Origin: Deltaproteobacteria bacterium
Lineage (GTDB): Bacteria > Desulfobacterota > Desulfobacteria > Desulfobacterales > JAFDMD01
Direction: 5' to 3'
Length of the DNA stretch: 64,000 nt
NCBI GenBank assembly: GCA_019306065.1
Contig: JAFDMF010000013.1
Coordinates: 12,324-76,323, forward strand
Part shown: piece after piece, positions 48,990-58,745 of the stretch
How the letters are laid out: each line of letters begins with the position of its first letter
Position numbering within the stretch: the first letter of the stretch is position 1
Made by a program: the position numbers and the translations under genes
Notes under the pieces: model-generated
What the model was told of the DNA's origin: nothing
Seen by the model: only the letters and a program-made list of their open reading frames with translations
The model's database searches: none

Positions 48990-49862
48990 TTAAACGATTA
49001 ATTTTGTATTAAAAACAATTAACCTTCTATTTGTTAAAAAATATTCAAAAGCTTTTTTTGCCGTTTTAAAATCTTTAAAAATACCGAATACCGCAGAACC
49101 GCTTCCTGTCATTAAAGTTTTATCCGCTTTGTTTTGAATAAAAGCCTTTTTTATATCCGATATTTGCGGATAACACGGCTCAATAGCCTCTTCAAGATCA
49201 TTTTCAATGTAGATTCTATTCTTTTGATCTGTAAAAAATGGATATTTATTTCTCTTTTTAATATTTGTCAATCCTAAATTATTTTTAACCTCGTCAAATT
49301 TTCTATATGCCCATAGAGTTGAAACTTCAAAACCCGGATAAACCACAACAATATAAAAAGGATAAAGCCCTTTATATTCGTAAAGCTTTTCGCCTATGCC
49401 TTTTGCAATCGCAGGTTTTAAACGAATAAAAAAAGGAACGTCCGCTCCGAGTTTTAAGCCTATTTTTTCCAATTTTTCAATTGAAACAGCCTGATAATAT
49501 TTGTTTAAAGCCGAAAGAACAGCGGCGGCATTACTGCTGCCCCCGCCCAGCCCGGCTCCCGCAGGTATTTTTTTATTTATGACTATTTTTACTCCCGCTT
49601 TTATTTTTGCTTCTTTAAAAAAAAGATTAGCCGCTTTAAAAGCAAGATTATCTTTTTGAGCGCATATTTCGGGATTAGATTCTACCGAAACTTTTTTTTG
49701 GCCAAAAATAAAAGAAAGGGTATCAAATATTTCTATGGGGCAGATAAGGGTCTCTATATTATGATAACCATCCGCTCTTTTATCCTTTATTTTAAGATAT
49801 AGGTTTATCTTTGCGGGAGAAAAAATTTTCATTTGTTTATAACTAATTAGGCGTGCAGACAA
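48990..49862 (-). CDS. ispE: 4-diphosphocytidyl-2-C-methyl-D-erythritol kinase
   Basis: Has PAKINLYL and PAGAGLGGGSSNAAA motifs. The true start may be the internal MKIFSPAKIN (about 49832). Confidence 0.85.
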   Translation of the reverse strand: MSARLISYKQMKIFSPAKINLYLKIKDKRADGYHNIETLICPIEIFDTLSFIFGQKKVSVESNPEICAQKDNLAFKAANLFFKEAKIKAGVKIVINKKIPAGAGLGGGSSNAAAVLSALNKYYQAVSIEKLEKIGLKLGADVPFFIRLKPAIAKGIGEKLYEYKGLYPFYIVVVYPGFEVSTLWAYRKFDEVKNNLGLTNIKKRNKYPFFTDQKNRIYIENDLEEAIEPCYPQISDIKKAFIQNKADKTLMTGSGSAVFGIFKDFKTAKKAFEYFLTNRRLIVFNTKLIV

Positions 49863-50015
49863 TAATTTCCTTATTAAGCCGAAGTGTCAATTTCGTATCC
49901 ATTTTTTCCCTCCCTGACGCAAATAAAGCCAATGATATTAAAAGACAACTTATATATTAGCGGATTATATCAATATACATTAAAATAGAATGCAAACCTA
50001 GTTTTTGTCTCAATG

Positions 50016-50195
50016 TCATTTACTATCTTCGTACCATGTGGAAAGCAGAGAATAAAACATATCACCTTTATTATCACATGCATAATTTTGTTTAATATGT
50101 TTTATTTCAATGTTATTGTTGTTATCAAGCCAGTCATTTATCTCCGTTTCTAATTTCGGAGCATCTCCCATATTTGTGAACATCTTCACTTTCAT
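50016..50195 (-). CDS. small Cse60-like protein (59 aa, below ORF-track cutoff)
   Basis: Translation: MKVKMFTNMGDAPKLETEINDWLDNNNNIEIKHIKQNYACDNKGDMFYSLLSTWYEDSK. The pattern resembles the Cse60 family as I recall it. Confidence 0.4.
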   Translation of the reverse strand: MKVKMFTNMGDAPKLETEINDWLDNNNNIEIKHIKQNYACDNKGDMFYSLLSTWYEDSK

Positions 50196-50222
50196 TGATA
50201 AAGCCCCTTTAATGATAATCAG

Positions 50223-50669
50223 TTAAAATAAAAGCCTCAATCCAACATTACGCAACTCATCAATAACAGATTGAAAATTTACAATTATTCCTTTTTCTTT
50301 GGCTTTTTGTGATACCGCTGCGGTTCCGATAACAGGCAGTCCTAATTCTTCCGCCTCCCGACGAGCCTTTCTGTCGTCAAGTATAATAAAATCAGCATTA
50401 AATTCATAGGCTAATATAATCGCCTCTAATTCTCCGAAACCCAAATTAATTCTCAATGCTCGAACTGCCAATTTATTCTTAATTTTTTCATTTTTAATCT
50501 AATCGGCATTTTTCACTTCTTCCACGCCGGCTCTATCTTTTCCTAACATTACTACTTCATTATAAACAGCTGCAGGAATTATTATTTTACCAAAGATTTC
50601 ACGCAGAACTTCTAATTTACCGATTTTACTTAAACCGATTAAACAAAAAGAATCGCGGAAACAACTGTT
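50223..50669 (-). pseudogene. DUF3368 (PIN-like) toxin-type gene with in-frame TAG (50499-50501) and no start codon
   Basis: Reads ...LIGLSKIGKLEVLREIFGKIIIPAAVYNEVVMLGKDRAGVEEVKNAD*IKNEKIKNKLAVRALRINLGFGELEAIILA... The stop sits where this family usually has Trp. Confidence 0.55.
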
Positions 50670-50676
50670 TTATGTC

Positions 50677-50757
50677 TTAGTCTATGTTATTTAAATCTAA
50701 TCCCGCTTGAAAAGCAATCATTGCAGGTAGTTCAAATTTTATGCTTAATGTATGCAT
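50677..50757 (-). pseudogene. truncated UPF0175-like antitoxin remnant (26 codons)
   Basis: MHTLSIKFELPAMIAFQAGLDLNNID* resembles the N-terminus of UPF0175 partners of DUF3368. Confidence 0.35.
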
Positions 50758-50834
50758 ATTAGTTTACCTTTTTTTGCCATCTCATTTCGACGAACTAATC
50801 GAAAATAAATCTCATAATAAAAATAGAAAAAACC

Positions 50835-50862
50835 GTAGAGAGGTTGCATGCAACGTCTCTAC
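50835..50862 (-). terminator. palindromic repeat family 1 copy acting as the htrA terminator
   Basis: gtagagaggttgcatgcaacgtctctac, followed on the minus strand by GGTTTTTTCTATTTTT. Lies 15 nt past the htrA stop. Confidence 0.6.
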
Positions 50863-50876
50863 TTTGTATCTGTATA

Positions 50877-52322
50877 TTACTTCGTTAACTTAACAACCAT
50901 ATAGCCTCTGCCTGCTCTTTTAATGTAGAATTTTATTGTTTCCCCCGCTTTAATATTTTTAATTGCCGCCGTATAATCGACTTTCGATTTCATAACTTTA
51001 CGATTTATCTCTTTTATAATATCTAATTTTGCCAAACCTGATTCCGAACCTTTTTTATCCGAATCTATATCAATTATAATAATGCCTTCTTTGTCTGTTA
51101 TACCGAGTCTTTCCATTATTGCCAGGGTAATATCGGCAACGCTTATTCCGAGTTCGTCTGTTTCCGCATCTTTTTCGTTATATTCGGAAGAAGATAGTTT
51201 TTCGCTTTCCCGTTTTGCTATTCCAACTTTAAAGGCTTTTTTATCTCCATCTCGCAATACCGTTACGTTAATTGCTTTGCCAACTTCAATTCCTGCTATT
51301 GTAGCGGATAAATCTCTTGCGGTTTCTATTTTTTTACCATCTACTTCTATAATTATATCATTGGCTTTTATACCCGCCTTATCTGCAGGATCGCCTGGGA
51401 ATACTTTACTGATAAGAACCCCTTTTTTATTTTTTAAGCCTCTATATTCGGCAAGCTCTTCGGTTAAATCCTGTATCTGAACGCCGAGCCAGCCTCTGGT
51501 GTATTCTCCATGTTTTTTTAATTGCTGAATTATATCGCCGGCAAGATTCATCGGTATCGCAAAACCTATGCCGTTTCCGCCAGCTATAATTGCGGTATTT
51601 ATGCCTACTACTTCGCCGTCCATATTTATTAGGGGACCGCCGCTGTTTCCGAAATTAATGGAAGCGTCCGTTTGAATAAAGTCATCATAAGGGCCAGATC
51701 CTATTACTCTTCCTTTTGCGCTTACAATACCGGCTGTTACTGTATGTTCTAACCCGAAAGGGCTGCCTATCGCAACTACCCACTCGCCTACTTTTAATTG
51801 TTTGGAATTGCCTATTTTTACCGCATTAAGCTTCTCTTTTGTTTTTACTTTAATAAGGGCTATATCGGTTTCCGGATCCCGCCCTACTATTTCAGCTTCA
51901 AACTCCTTGCCGTCTTGTATTTTTACTTTTATTTCGTCTGCATCTTTTATAACGTGATTATTGGTAACTATATAACCATCCTCGTCTATTATAAAACCGG
52001 AGCCAAGGCTTGTTTCTTTATGCTCTTTTTGATTATCTTCTTGAAAAAATCTTTCAAAAAACCGATTCATAGGGTCATTTTTATCAAACGGACTATTAAA
52101 AAAATAATGTTTCGATAAGGGACCTCCTCCTTTTATAATTTTAACGGTGCTAATATTTACCACGCAGGGCATAACCGTCTCGGAAAGATTAGAAAAGTTT
52201 CGAGGTATCATTTGAACGGCTTTTTCTTCTTCCGCATAACTGAAAGAGAAAAAAGATGTTGTTAATAAGATAAAAAATAAAGCAAAAATAGCCAAAATTA
52301 ACTTATTTGAATTTTTTCTCAT
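50877..52322 (-). CDS. htrA: DegP/HtrA-family periplasmic serine protease with two PDZ domains
   Basis: Signal peptide, TNNHV, DIALIK and GNSGGPL catalytic-triad motifs. Confidence 0.9.
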   Translation of the reverse strand: MRKNSNKLILAIFALFFILLTTSFFSFSYAEEEKAVQMIPRNFSNLSETVMPCVVNISTVKIIKGGGPLSKHYFFNSPFDKNDPMNRFFERFFQEDNQKEHKETSLGSGFIIDEDGYIVTNNHVIKDADEIKVKIQDGKEFEAEIVGRDPETDIALIKVKTKEKLNAVKIGNSKQLKVGEWVVAIGSPFGLEHTVTAGIVSAKGRVIGSGPYDDFIQTDASINFGNSGGPLINMDGEVVGINTAIIAGGNGIGFAIPMNLAGDIIQQLKKHGEYTRGWLGVQIQDLTEELAEYRGLKNKKGVLISKVFPGDPADKAGIKANDIIIEVDGKKIETARDLSATIAGIEVGKAINVTVLRDGDKKAFKVGIAKRESEKLSSSEYNEKDAETDELGISVADITLAIMERLGITDKEGIIIIDIDSDKKGSESGLAKLDIIKEINRKVMKSKVDYTAAIKNIKAGETIKFYIKRAGRGYMVVKLTK

Positions 52323-52348
52323 TGATTTTTCCTATATTTATATTTTAA

Positions 52349-52624
52349 TTATGAATCTTTGCCAGCTTTTACATAAGCAAGCCTTAAATCATGCAAGAGG
52401 TTTATTAAAAGGTTGTTTTCATCATCGGTAAGATTATTTTTTGTTTTCTCTTCTATAATACCGAGTATATCAATTGTCTGTTTTGCCAAAGACAGATTTT
52501 TTCCGCTTTCTCCCGCAGTATCCTGCATTATTCCCAAATTAACCAAAGCCGAAGCTACAAGAGAATTTATAAAGGTGGAAAAATCAATCTTAGGCAAAGC
52601 CTCTTTTTTATTATTATCAGACAT
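52349..52624 (-). CDS. DUF1844 domain protein
   Basis: FSTFINSLVASALVNLG motif, typical of DUF1844 as I recall it. Confidence 0.6.
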   Translation of the reverse strand: MSDNNKKEALPKIDFSTFINSLVASALVNLGIMQDTAGESGKNLSLAKQTIDILGIIEEKTKNNLTDDENNLLINLLHDLRLAYVKAGKDS

Positions 52625-53130
52625 TTAAAAACCCCTAATTATTTATTAATATTATTTTGCCTTTTTGTATCTTTGCCGGTTTTATTAAAAAGGAAATGTC
52701 CGTTTTTTTTAAATTGCACCTTTACGGCAAGAGGTAATCAAAAAACAAAAAAAACTTGGCAGAATCTTTCGGACATATCCGCCTAAAAAAGAAAGGCATA
52801 AAATTAATAATACTATAGAGTAGGTTAGTCAATAATGATTTAAATTATATTGAATTATCGCAAGCGGTTTTTTTTGTTTTTATAACGGTTTTTATGTTTT
52901 GGAAGCAGATTTTTAAAACTTGTCTCGCTTCCCTTTTGAAAAACCATATTCTTTTTTCATAATATTACTTTAATATCTCTTGATGTATCTTTGCTTCTTG
53001 CAAATTCAATCTCTTCTCAGGCAAGAGGAGAATTTCCGATTATTATTTTATTCTTTTTTTAATCTTTATTTTCAAATTATATTGCCTTAAATAACAAGAT
53101 TAATTTAAAATAAAAAGTTTATCAAACTTT

Positions 53131-53159
53131 TTGACTTTTTAATTATCAAAGTATAATAA
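53131..53159 (+). promoter_or_regulatory. candidate sigma70 promoter (TTGACT ... TATAAT/TAATAA)
   Basis: Motif read in the sequence, about 45 nt upstream of ATG 53201. Spacer is 15-17 nt depending on the -10 choice. Confidence 0.3.
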
Positions 53160-53200
53160 AAGAATAAAAATACAAAAAACGAATAATAAGGATTTTATCT

Positions 53201-53443
53201 ATGACTTGCAATAATTGCCATACCCATAACGATAACCATCAGTTATCGTTTAAAGAAAAACTTGCCAAAATTTTAAAGCATTGGAGCGCTCATAATAAGG
53301 AGCATAATGAAAGTTATAAAAAGTGGAGCGCGGAAGCAAAAGAACGCGGATATACCGATATATCCGCGTTAATCGAAGAGGCAGCGGCAATTTCGCTTAA
53401 AATTAACAAATACTTTGAAAAAGCGGAAGATTTGATTAAATAA
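53201..53443 (+). CDS. small helical protein with N-terminal CNNCHTHNDNH motif (possible metal binding)
   Basis: Intact ORF. Family not recognised. Confidence 0.45.
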   Translation: MTCNNCHTHNDNHQLSFKEKLAKILKHWSAHNKEHNESYKKWSAEAKERGYTDISALIEEAAAISLKINKYFEKAEDLIK

Positions 53444-53479
53444 TTATAAGAGATATTTTTAAGTTTTTTGCAAAAAACG

Positions 53480-53507
53480 GTAGAGACGTTGTATGCGGCG
53501 TCTCTAC
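53480..53507 (-). terminator. palindromic repeat family 1 copy acting as the acd terminator
   Basis: gtagagacgttgtatgcggcgtctctac, followed on the minus strand by CGTTTTTTG. Confidence 0.6.
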
Positions 53508-53558
53508 TTTGCAACTCTGTATCTCTGTATCTTTAACAAAATTATGCAACCGACTTTT

Positions 53559-54716
53559 TTATACTCTTTTATCCTGTAGTATATTGTTTGAAATAACTAT
53601 CCGCTGTATTTCGGATGTGCCTTCGTATATTGTAAATACTCTGGCGTCCCGATAAAATCGCTCTATAGGATATTCTTTTGTAAAGCCGTAGCCTCCGTAT
53701 ATTTGAAGCGCACAAGCTGTAACCCGATTAACCATCTCAGATGCAAAGAGCTTTGCTATGGAGGCTTGCATTGTATATTTTTCGCCTCTGTCTTTTGCCG
53801 CCGCAGCGGAAAACATTAACTGGGTTGCGGCTTCAATCTCTGTTGCCATATCTGCAATCATCCACCTGATTCCTTGAAATTTGGATATCTTCTGCCCGAA
53901 TTGCTCTCTTTCTTTTATATAATTTACGGAAGCATCAAAAGCCGCGTTCGCAACTCCTATAGACTGAGCGGCTATTCCTATTCTTCCTCCGTCAAGCCCT
54001 GTCATAGCTATTTTAAAGCCCTCCCCTTCTGCCCCGAGAATGTTTGAAGCGGGTATTTTACAATCTTCAAATATAAGATCGGTTGTATCGGATGCGCATA
54101 AACCGAGTTTTTCTTCTCTTCTTCCGACTATAAAGCCGGATGTTCCTTTTTCTACTACAAACGCGCTTATTCCTTTATGCTTTTGGCTTTTATCGGTTTT
54201 TACGGTTACTATTACAAGCTCGCAGTTTTCTCCGGTGGTTATAAATCGTTTTGTTCCGTTTAGTATGTAATAATCGCCGTCTTTTACTGCGGTCATATTT
54301 TGAGATAATGGATCGGAGCCTGCCTGAGGTTCGGTAAGCGCAAACGCGCCTATGTATTTGCCTGCCGCAAGCGGTTTTAAAAATTTTTCTTTCTGCTCGT
54401 CTGTTCCGTATTTTAATATGCTTTCGCATACTATTGAATTGTGAACAGACATAACTACAGCCGTAGAAGCGCAGGAATAAGCGATTTCGGAAAGAGCTAA
54501 TACATAAGATACGGTATCCGAGCCGGAACCGCCGTATTCTGGAGGAACCATCATTCCCATAAGTCCAAGCTCTGCCATCTGATTAAGATTATCTATAGGA
54601 AACTCTTTTGTTTTATCTCTTTCAGCAGCTTTTACGGCAACAACTTCTCTTGAAAAATCTCTGACCATAGTCCAGATCATGTTTTGCTCTTCGGTAAGTT
54701 TGTATAACATATTCAC
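53559..54716 (-). CDS. acd: acyl-CoA dehydrogenase (butyryl-CoA dehydrogenase-like)
   Basis: Has GAFALTEPQAGSD and YEGTSEIQR motifs. Confidence 0.9.
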   Translation of the reverse strand: MNMLYKLTEEQNMIWTMVRDFSREVVAVKAAERDKTKEFPIDNLNQMAELGLMGMMVPPEYGGSGSDTVSYVLALSEIAYSCASTAVVMSVHNSIVCESILKYGTDEQKEKFLKPLAAGKYIGAFALTEPQAGSDPLSQNMTAVKDGDYYILNGTKRFITTGENCELVIVTVKTDKSQKHKGISAFVVEKGTSGFIVGRREEKLGLCASDTTDLIFEDCKIPASNILGAEGEGFKIAMTGLDGGRIGIAAQSIGVANAAFDASVNYIKEREQFGQKISKFQGIRWMIADMATEIEAATQLMFSAAAAKDRGEKYTMQASIAKLFASEMVNRVTACALQIYGGYGFTKEYPIERFYRDARVFTIYEGTSEIQRIVISNNILQDKRV

Positions 54717-54750
54717 CTCTTATTTATTATGCATGTGCGTTCTTTCGAGT

Positions 54751-55302
54751 TTAAGCGCCGTATATTATCACTATCAGTTCCGCCTTTGTTTTTCCTACGT
54801 TTTTCAAACCGTGTTTTATCCCTGAATTAAAATGAAGGCTGTCCCCTTTGCTAATCCTGTTTATATGGGCGCCAACGTTTACCTCTACGGTTCCGGATAA
54901 TACATATACAAATTCTTCCCCCTGATGCTCATACTCAACTCCTTCTATATGCTCTTCTTTAGGGTCTATCTGAACTTTGAAAGCTTTTAGGCAGGTATTT
55001 TCAGCAAATGAGGGAAACTGGGTATAATCATAATTATCGGTGCGGGTTCCTACCGCTCTGGTAGCGCTCTTTGTTTGTTTCGGCTTTTCCTCTTTTTTAA
55101 AAAAATTTACCTGTAATGCTTTTGAAAGCTGTAATAATGTTCCCACCGAAGGGGTTATGTCGCCGTTTTCAACTTTTTTAAGTCTTTGGACGGCAAGCCC
55201 TGTTTGATTTGCAATATCTTCGTAAGATATTTTCTTTTCCAATCTTATTTTTTTTATTACTTTTCCTATGGAATCGGGTTCAGCCTTTTTTTTAACCGGC
55301 AT
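54751..55302 (-). CDS. XRE-family HTH regulator with C-terminal cupin domain
   Basis: N-terminal HTH (ISYEDIANQTGLAVQRLKKVENG) plus a cupin (GEEFVYVLSG...HFNSGIKHGL). Confidence 0.75.
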   Translation of the reverse strand: MPVKKKAEPDSIGKVIKKIRLEKKISYEDIANQTGLAVQRLKKVENGDITPSVGTLLQLSKALQVNFFKKEEKPKQTKSATRAVGTRTDNYDYTQFPSFAENTCLKAFKVQIDPKEEHIEGVEYEHQGEEFVYVLSGTVEVNVGAHINRISKGDSLHFNSGIKHGLKNVGKTKAELIVIIYGA

Positions 55303-55316
55303 AACGCCTCCTTTTT

Positions 55317-56168
55317 TTATTTATAATCGTAAAATCCTTTCCCTGTTTTTCTTCCGAGCCATCCGGCTTCAACATATTTTCTTAAAAGCGGGCATGGACG
55401 ATATTTGGAATCTTTAAACCCGTTGTATAGAGTTTCCATTACTGCAAGGCAGGTATCAAGCCCTATTAAATCTGCAAGCGCCAATGGCCCCATAGGATGA
55501 TTCATTCCGAGTTTCATTACGGTATCTATAGCCTCTTTTGTTCCTACTCCGTGATACAGAGCATAAACCGCCTCGTTTATCATTGGCAGTAGTATTCTGT
55601 TTGCTATAAATCCGGGGAAATCTTCGGATAATGCAGGAGTCTTTCCGAATTTTACGGACAGATCCCATGTGGCGTTAAATGTTTCCTCGGATGTAGCGAT
55701 TCCTTTTATTATTTCTACAAGTTTCATTACGGGAACCGGATTCATAAAGTGCATTCCTATCACTTTTTCGGGACGTTTTGTTTGAGAGGCTATTCTTCCG
55801 ATCGGTATGGAAGATGTGTTTGTTGCAAGGATTGCGCCTTCCGGCATTATTTGATCAAGTTCTTTAAATATGTTAAATTTTAACCGCTCGTTTTCGGTTG
55901 CCGCTTCCACTACAAAATCTGCGGATGCCATATCTTTTATATCTACGCTTGTTGTAATTCTTTGAAGTATCCCCTGTTTTTCTTCTTCGGTTATTCTGTT
56001 TTTCTCAATATTTTTTGTAAGAATTTTTTTTATGTTATTAAGTCCGTTTTGAATAAATTCCTCTTTTATATCGCTCATTATTACGTTAAGTCCGCTTGTT
56101 GCGGCAATCTGCGCTATTCCGTTTCCCATTTGCCCGGCTCCGATAACGCCGAATGTTTTTATTTCCAT
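55317..56168 (-). CDS. hbd: 3-hydroxybutyryl-CoA dehydrogenase
   Basis: VIGAGQMGNGIA NAD motif. 283 aa. Confidence 0.9.
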   Translation of the reverse strand: MEIKTFGVIGAGQMGNGIAQIAATSGLNVIMSDIKEEFIQNGLNNIKKILTKNIEKNRITEEEKQGILQRITTSVDIKDMASADFVVEAATENERLKFNIFKELDQIMPEGAILATNTSSIPIGRIASQTKRPEKVIGMHFMNPVPVMKLVEIIKGIATSEETFNATWDLSVKFGKTPALSEDFPGFIANRILLPMINEAVYALYHGVGTKEAIDTVMKLGMNHPMGPLALADLIGLDTCLAVMETLYNGFKDSKYRPCPLLRKYVEAGWLGRKTGKGFYDYK

Positions 56169-56246
56169 TTTTTATTCTCCTTTATTATTTATCATTCTTT
56201 CTTGCATCTAATTCTATTTATGGGTGTTTCCTCTGTTTATAATTAA

Positions 56247-56291
56247 GATACAAAGTAGAGATGTTGCAATGCAACGTCTCTACTTTGTATC
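56247..56291. repeat. palindromic repeat family 1, longest copy (45-bp near-perfect palindrome)
   Basis: gatacaaagtagagatgttgcaatgcaacgtctctactttgtatc. Confidence 0.8.
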
Positions 56292-56387
56292 TTACAATTA
56301 AAAAATTAAAAATCGATTCCTTTGTCCTCTTGCTTCTTTGTATCTTATTAAAAGAAATCCATTGATATTTGGTTTCATATCTGCGCT

Positions 56388-57566
56388 CTACCGGCTCCGT
56401 TTTATAATCATTGCAACCGCTTCTCCTCCTCCGAGGCAAAGAGAAGCTATGCCTGTTTTATTGTTTCTTTTTATCATTTCGTATAAAAGGGTAATTAAAA
56501 CTCTGCATCCGCTTGCCCCTATTGGGTGTCCTAACGCAACGCTTCCGCCGTTTACATTTGTTTTATTAATATCAAGTTTCAGCTCTTTTATAACCGCTGC
56601 CGTAGAACCGCTAAAAGCTTCGTTTATTTCAAAAAGATCTACGTCGTTTATATTTATCCCTTCTTTTTTCAAGCATTTTGGAACCGCCCAAATAGGCGCC
56701 ACTAAAACATATTTCGGGTCTATAGCATAAGATGCTTGCGCCCCTATATACGCCATTATTTCGCATCCGAGCTCTTTTGCTTTTTCTTCCGCCATAACTG
56801 TTACCGCTGCGGCTCCGTCGCTTATTATAGAAGCGTTTCCGGCTGTTCCTACTCCCTCTTTTTTAAAAGCGGGTCTCATTTTTGCAAGGATTTCATAATT
56901 CGTGTCAATAGGACACTCGTCCGTGTCGAGTATTGTCTCTTTTCTGCGTTTAAGAACGGTAAGAGGAAATATCTGATCTTTGAATTTTCCGGCGGATATG
57001 GAAGAAATCGCTCTTTTGTATGATTCCGCCGCATACTTATCCTGATCTTCTCGCGTTATATTATATTTTTCGGAGCATAGCTCGTTTGATATTCCCATAT
57101 GAAAATCGTTTATAATATCCCATAGCCCGTCGTTTATCATATGATCTTTTAAAGTCCCATGCCCCATTCTATAACCTGTTCTTGCTTTTTCAAGATAATA
57201 GGGCGCCATGCTCATATTCTCCATTCCGCCCGCTACAACAACGTCTGCGTCTCCTGTTTGTATTGCCTGCGCCGCAAGCATTACCGATTTTAATGCGGAA
57301 CCGCATACTTTATTAATCGTAAAGCATTCTACGCTAAAAGGCATCCCCGCTTTTAATGCCGCTTGTCTTGCCGGATTTTGTCCGTATCCGCATGGAAGCA
57401 CTTGCCCCATTATTACTTCGTCAACTTTATCATTTTCTATTTTCGCTCTTTTTACCGCCTCTTTAATTGCCGCCGCTCCCAAATCGGTGGCTCCGGTATT
57501 TGCAAGAGAGCCTCCGAAGTTTCCCAAAGCGGTTCTTGCAGCGCTTACTATTACTGCTTTACGCAT
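56388..57566 (-). CDS. acetyl-CoA C-acetyltransferase (thiolase)
   Basis: Has NKVCGSALK, NVNGGSVALGHPIGASG and CLGGGEAVA motifs. Confidence 0.95.
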   Translation of the reverse strand: MRKAVIVSAARTALGNFGGSLANTGATDLGAAAIKEAVKRAKIENDKVDEVIMGQVLPCGYGQNPARQAALKAGMPFSVECFTINKVCGSALKSVMLAAQAIQTGDADVVVAGGMENMSMAPYYLEKARTGYRMGHGTLKDHMINDGLWDIINDFHMGISNELCSEKYNITREDQDKYAAESYKRAISSISAGKFKDQIFPLTVLKRRKETILDTDECPIDTNYEILAKMRPAFKKEGVGTAGNASIISDGAAAVTVMAEEKAKELGCEIMAYIGAQASYAIDPKYVLVAPIWAVPKCLKKEGININDVDLFEINEAFSGSTAAVIKELKLDINKTNVNGGSVALGHPIGASGCRVLITLLYEMIKRNNKTGIASLCLGGGEAVAMIIKRSR

Positions 57567-57837
57567 ATTTTTTTCCTCCGTTTTTTATTTTTTATTTGCA
57601 ATTTGCAATTTTATAAATCAGATTTAAAGCTAAAAATCAAATAAAAGTATTTTAGGCTTTATGAAAAATCTTATAATTTGATAAATTAAAAAAAAATCAA
57701 CCTTTATAAAAGTTATTAACTTATTAATATCTTATACTATAATAATATCCTTGATTAACCGTCTTTTTTATATATATTAATATAAAAGTTTATAATCGGT
57801 TAAGCATATAATTCATTGTGAGGACTGCAAGAAGCAT

Positions 57838-58668
57838 ATGGAAAATTTTTATTTTAAATTAGAAGGTCCAATTTTTCAAAATGGCGTCCCTATCCATGTC
57901 GCAATAAAAGCATGGGAAAATTTCCTTGCGATTATTGATAATACCTATCTCATTGCAACAAATTTACAAAAAATCAGTAACAAAGAGCGTGAAAAATATT
58001 ATTTAAAAGCCTTAACTTTCAAACATTCCTCATTTCATACAAATTTTGAAATAGTTTGTAGCGGTTCACAATTAGTGCTTCCTTTGATTGGATTTCTCGG
58101 TCCTCAAAATTTATGGGAATATACTAAAGAGGCATTCAATTTGCTTAAATTAATGAGTATATCAAATAAAAATGCGAAAATTGTCATTAAAAACAATCAA
58201 AATACTGTAGTTAATACTGGCGATACCACCATTCACTATCATGGTCCTGTTTATCAAATAGCTGAGAAATCACTGCCTAAATATAAAAAGCTTGCCCATA
58301 TGCTTGATCCGGGTAAAATAGAAACTATATCTGCTGGTGAAAAGCATAATCCCGAAATGGTTTTTAAATTAGAAGATAAAAATCTGTTTGATTTACCAAC
58401 CGAAATTCAGAAAAATTCAATTGAAGTTAAATGTGAAATATTTACTTTTAACAAATTCAAAAATGATGGAAAATTGAGAATACCGGATGGACAAGCTATT
58501 CCAAGAAACGATTACAGTTTTTCTATCTTCGGAAATCAGGATAATATAAACTATATTCATTCAATGTTAAAAAATCTTGTTACAATAGAATGCCGACTCG
58601 AATTTGCTATAAGCCCATTAGGATCCAAACTAATATCAAAATTACATATTATAGGCATTATATCTTAA
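57838..58668 (+). CDS. hypothetical protein (276 aa), no recognisable family
   Basis: Intact ORF in a very AT-rich patch. Confidence 0.5.
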   Translation: MENFYFKLEGPIFQNGVPIHVAIKAWENFLAIIDNTYLIATNLQKISNKEREKYYLKALTFKHSSFHTNFEIVCSGSQLVLPLIGFLGPQNLWEYTKEAFNLLKLMSISNKNAKIVIKNNQNTVVNTGDTTIHYHGPVYQIAEKSLPKYKKLAHMLDPGKIETISAGEKHNPEMVFKLEDKNLFDLPTEIQKNSIEVKCEIFTFNKFKNDGKLRIPDGQAIPRNDYSFSIFGNQDNINYIHSMLKNLVTIECRLEFAISPLGSKLISKLHIIGIIS

Positions 58669-58745
58669 TCCATCACTACCTTGGGCTCAAAAAAAAGGTG
58701 AAAAAAAGATTATTTATAATCTTAATTTATAAGGAGATAATAAAG

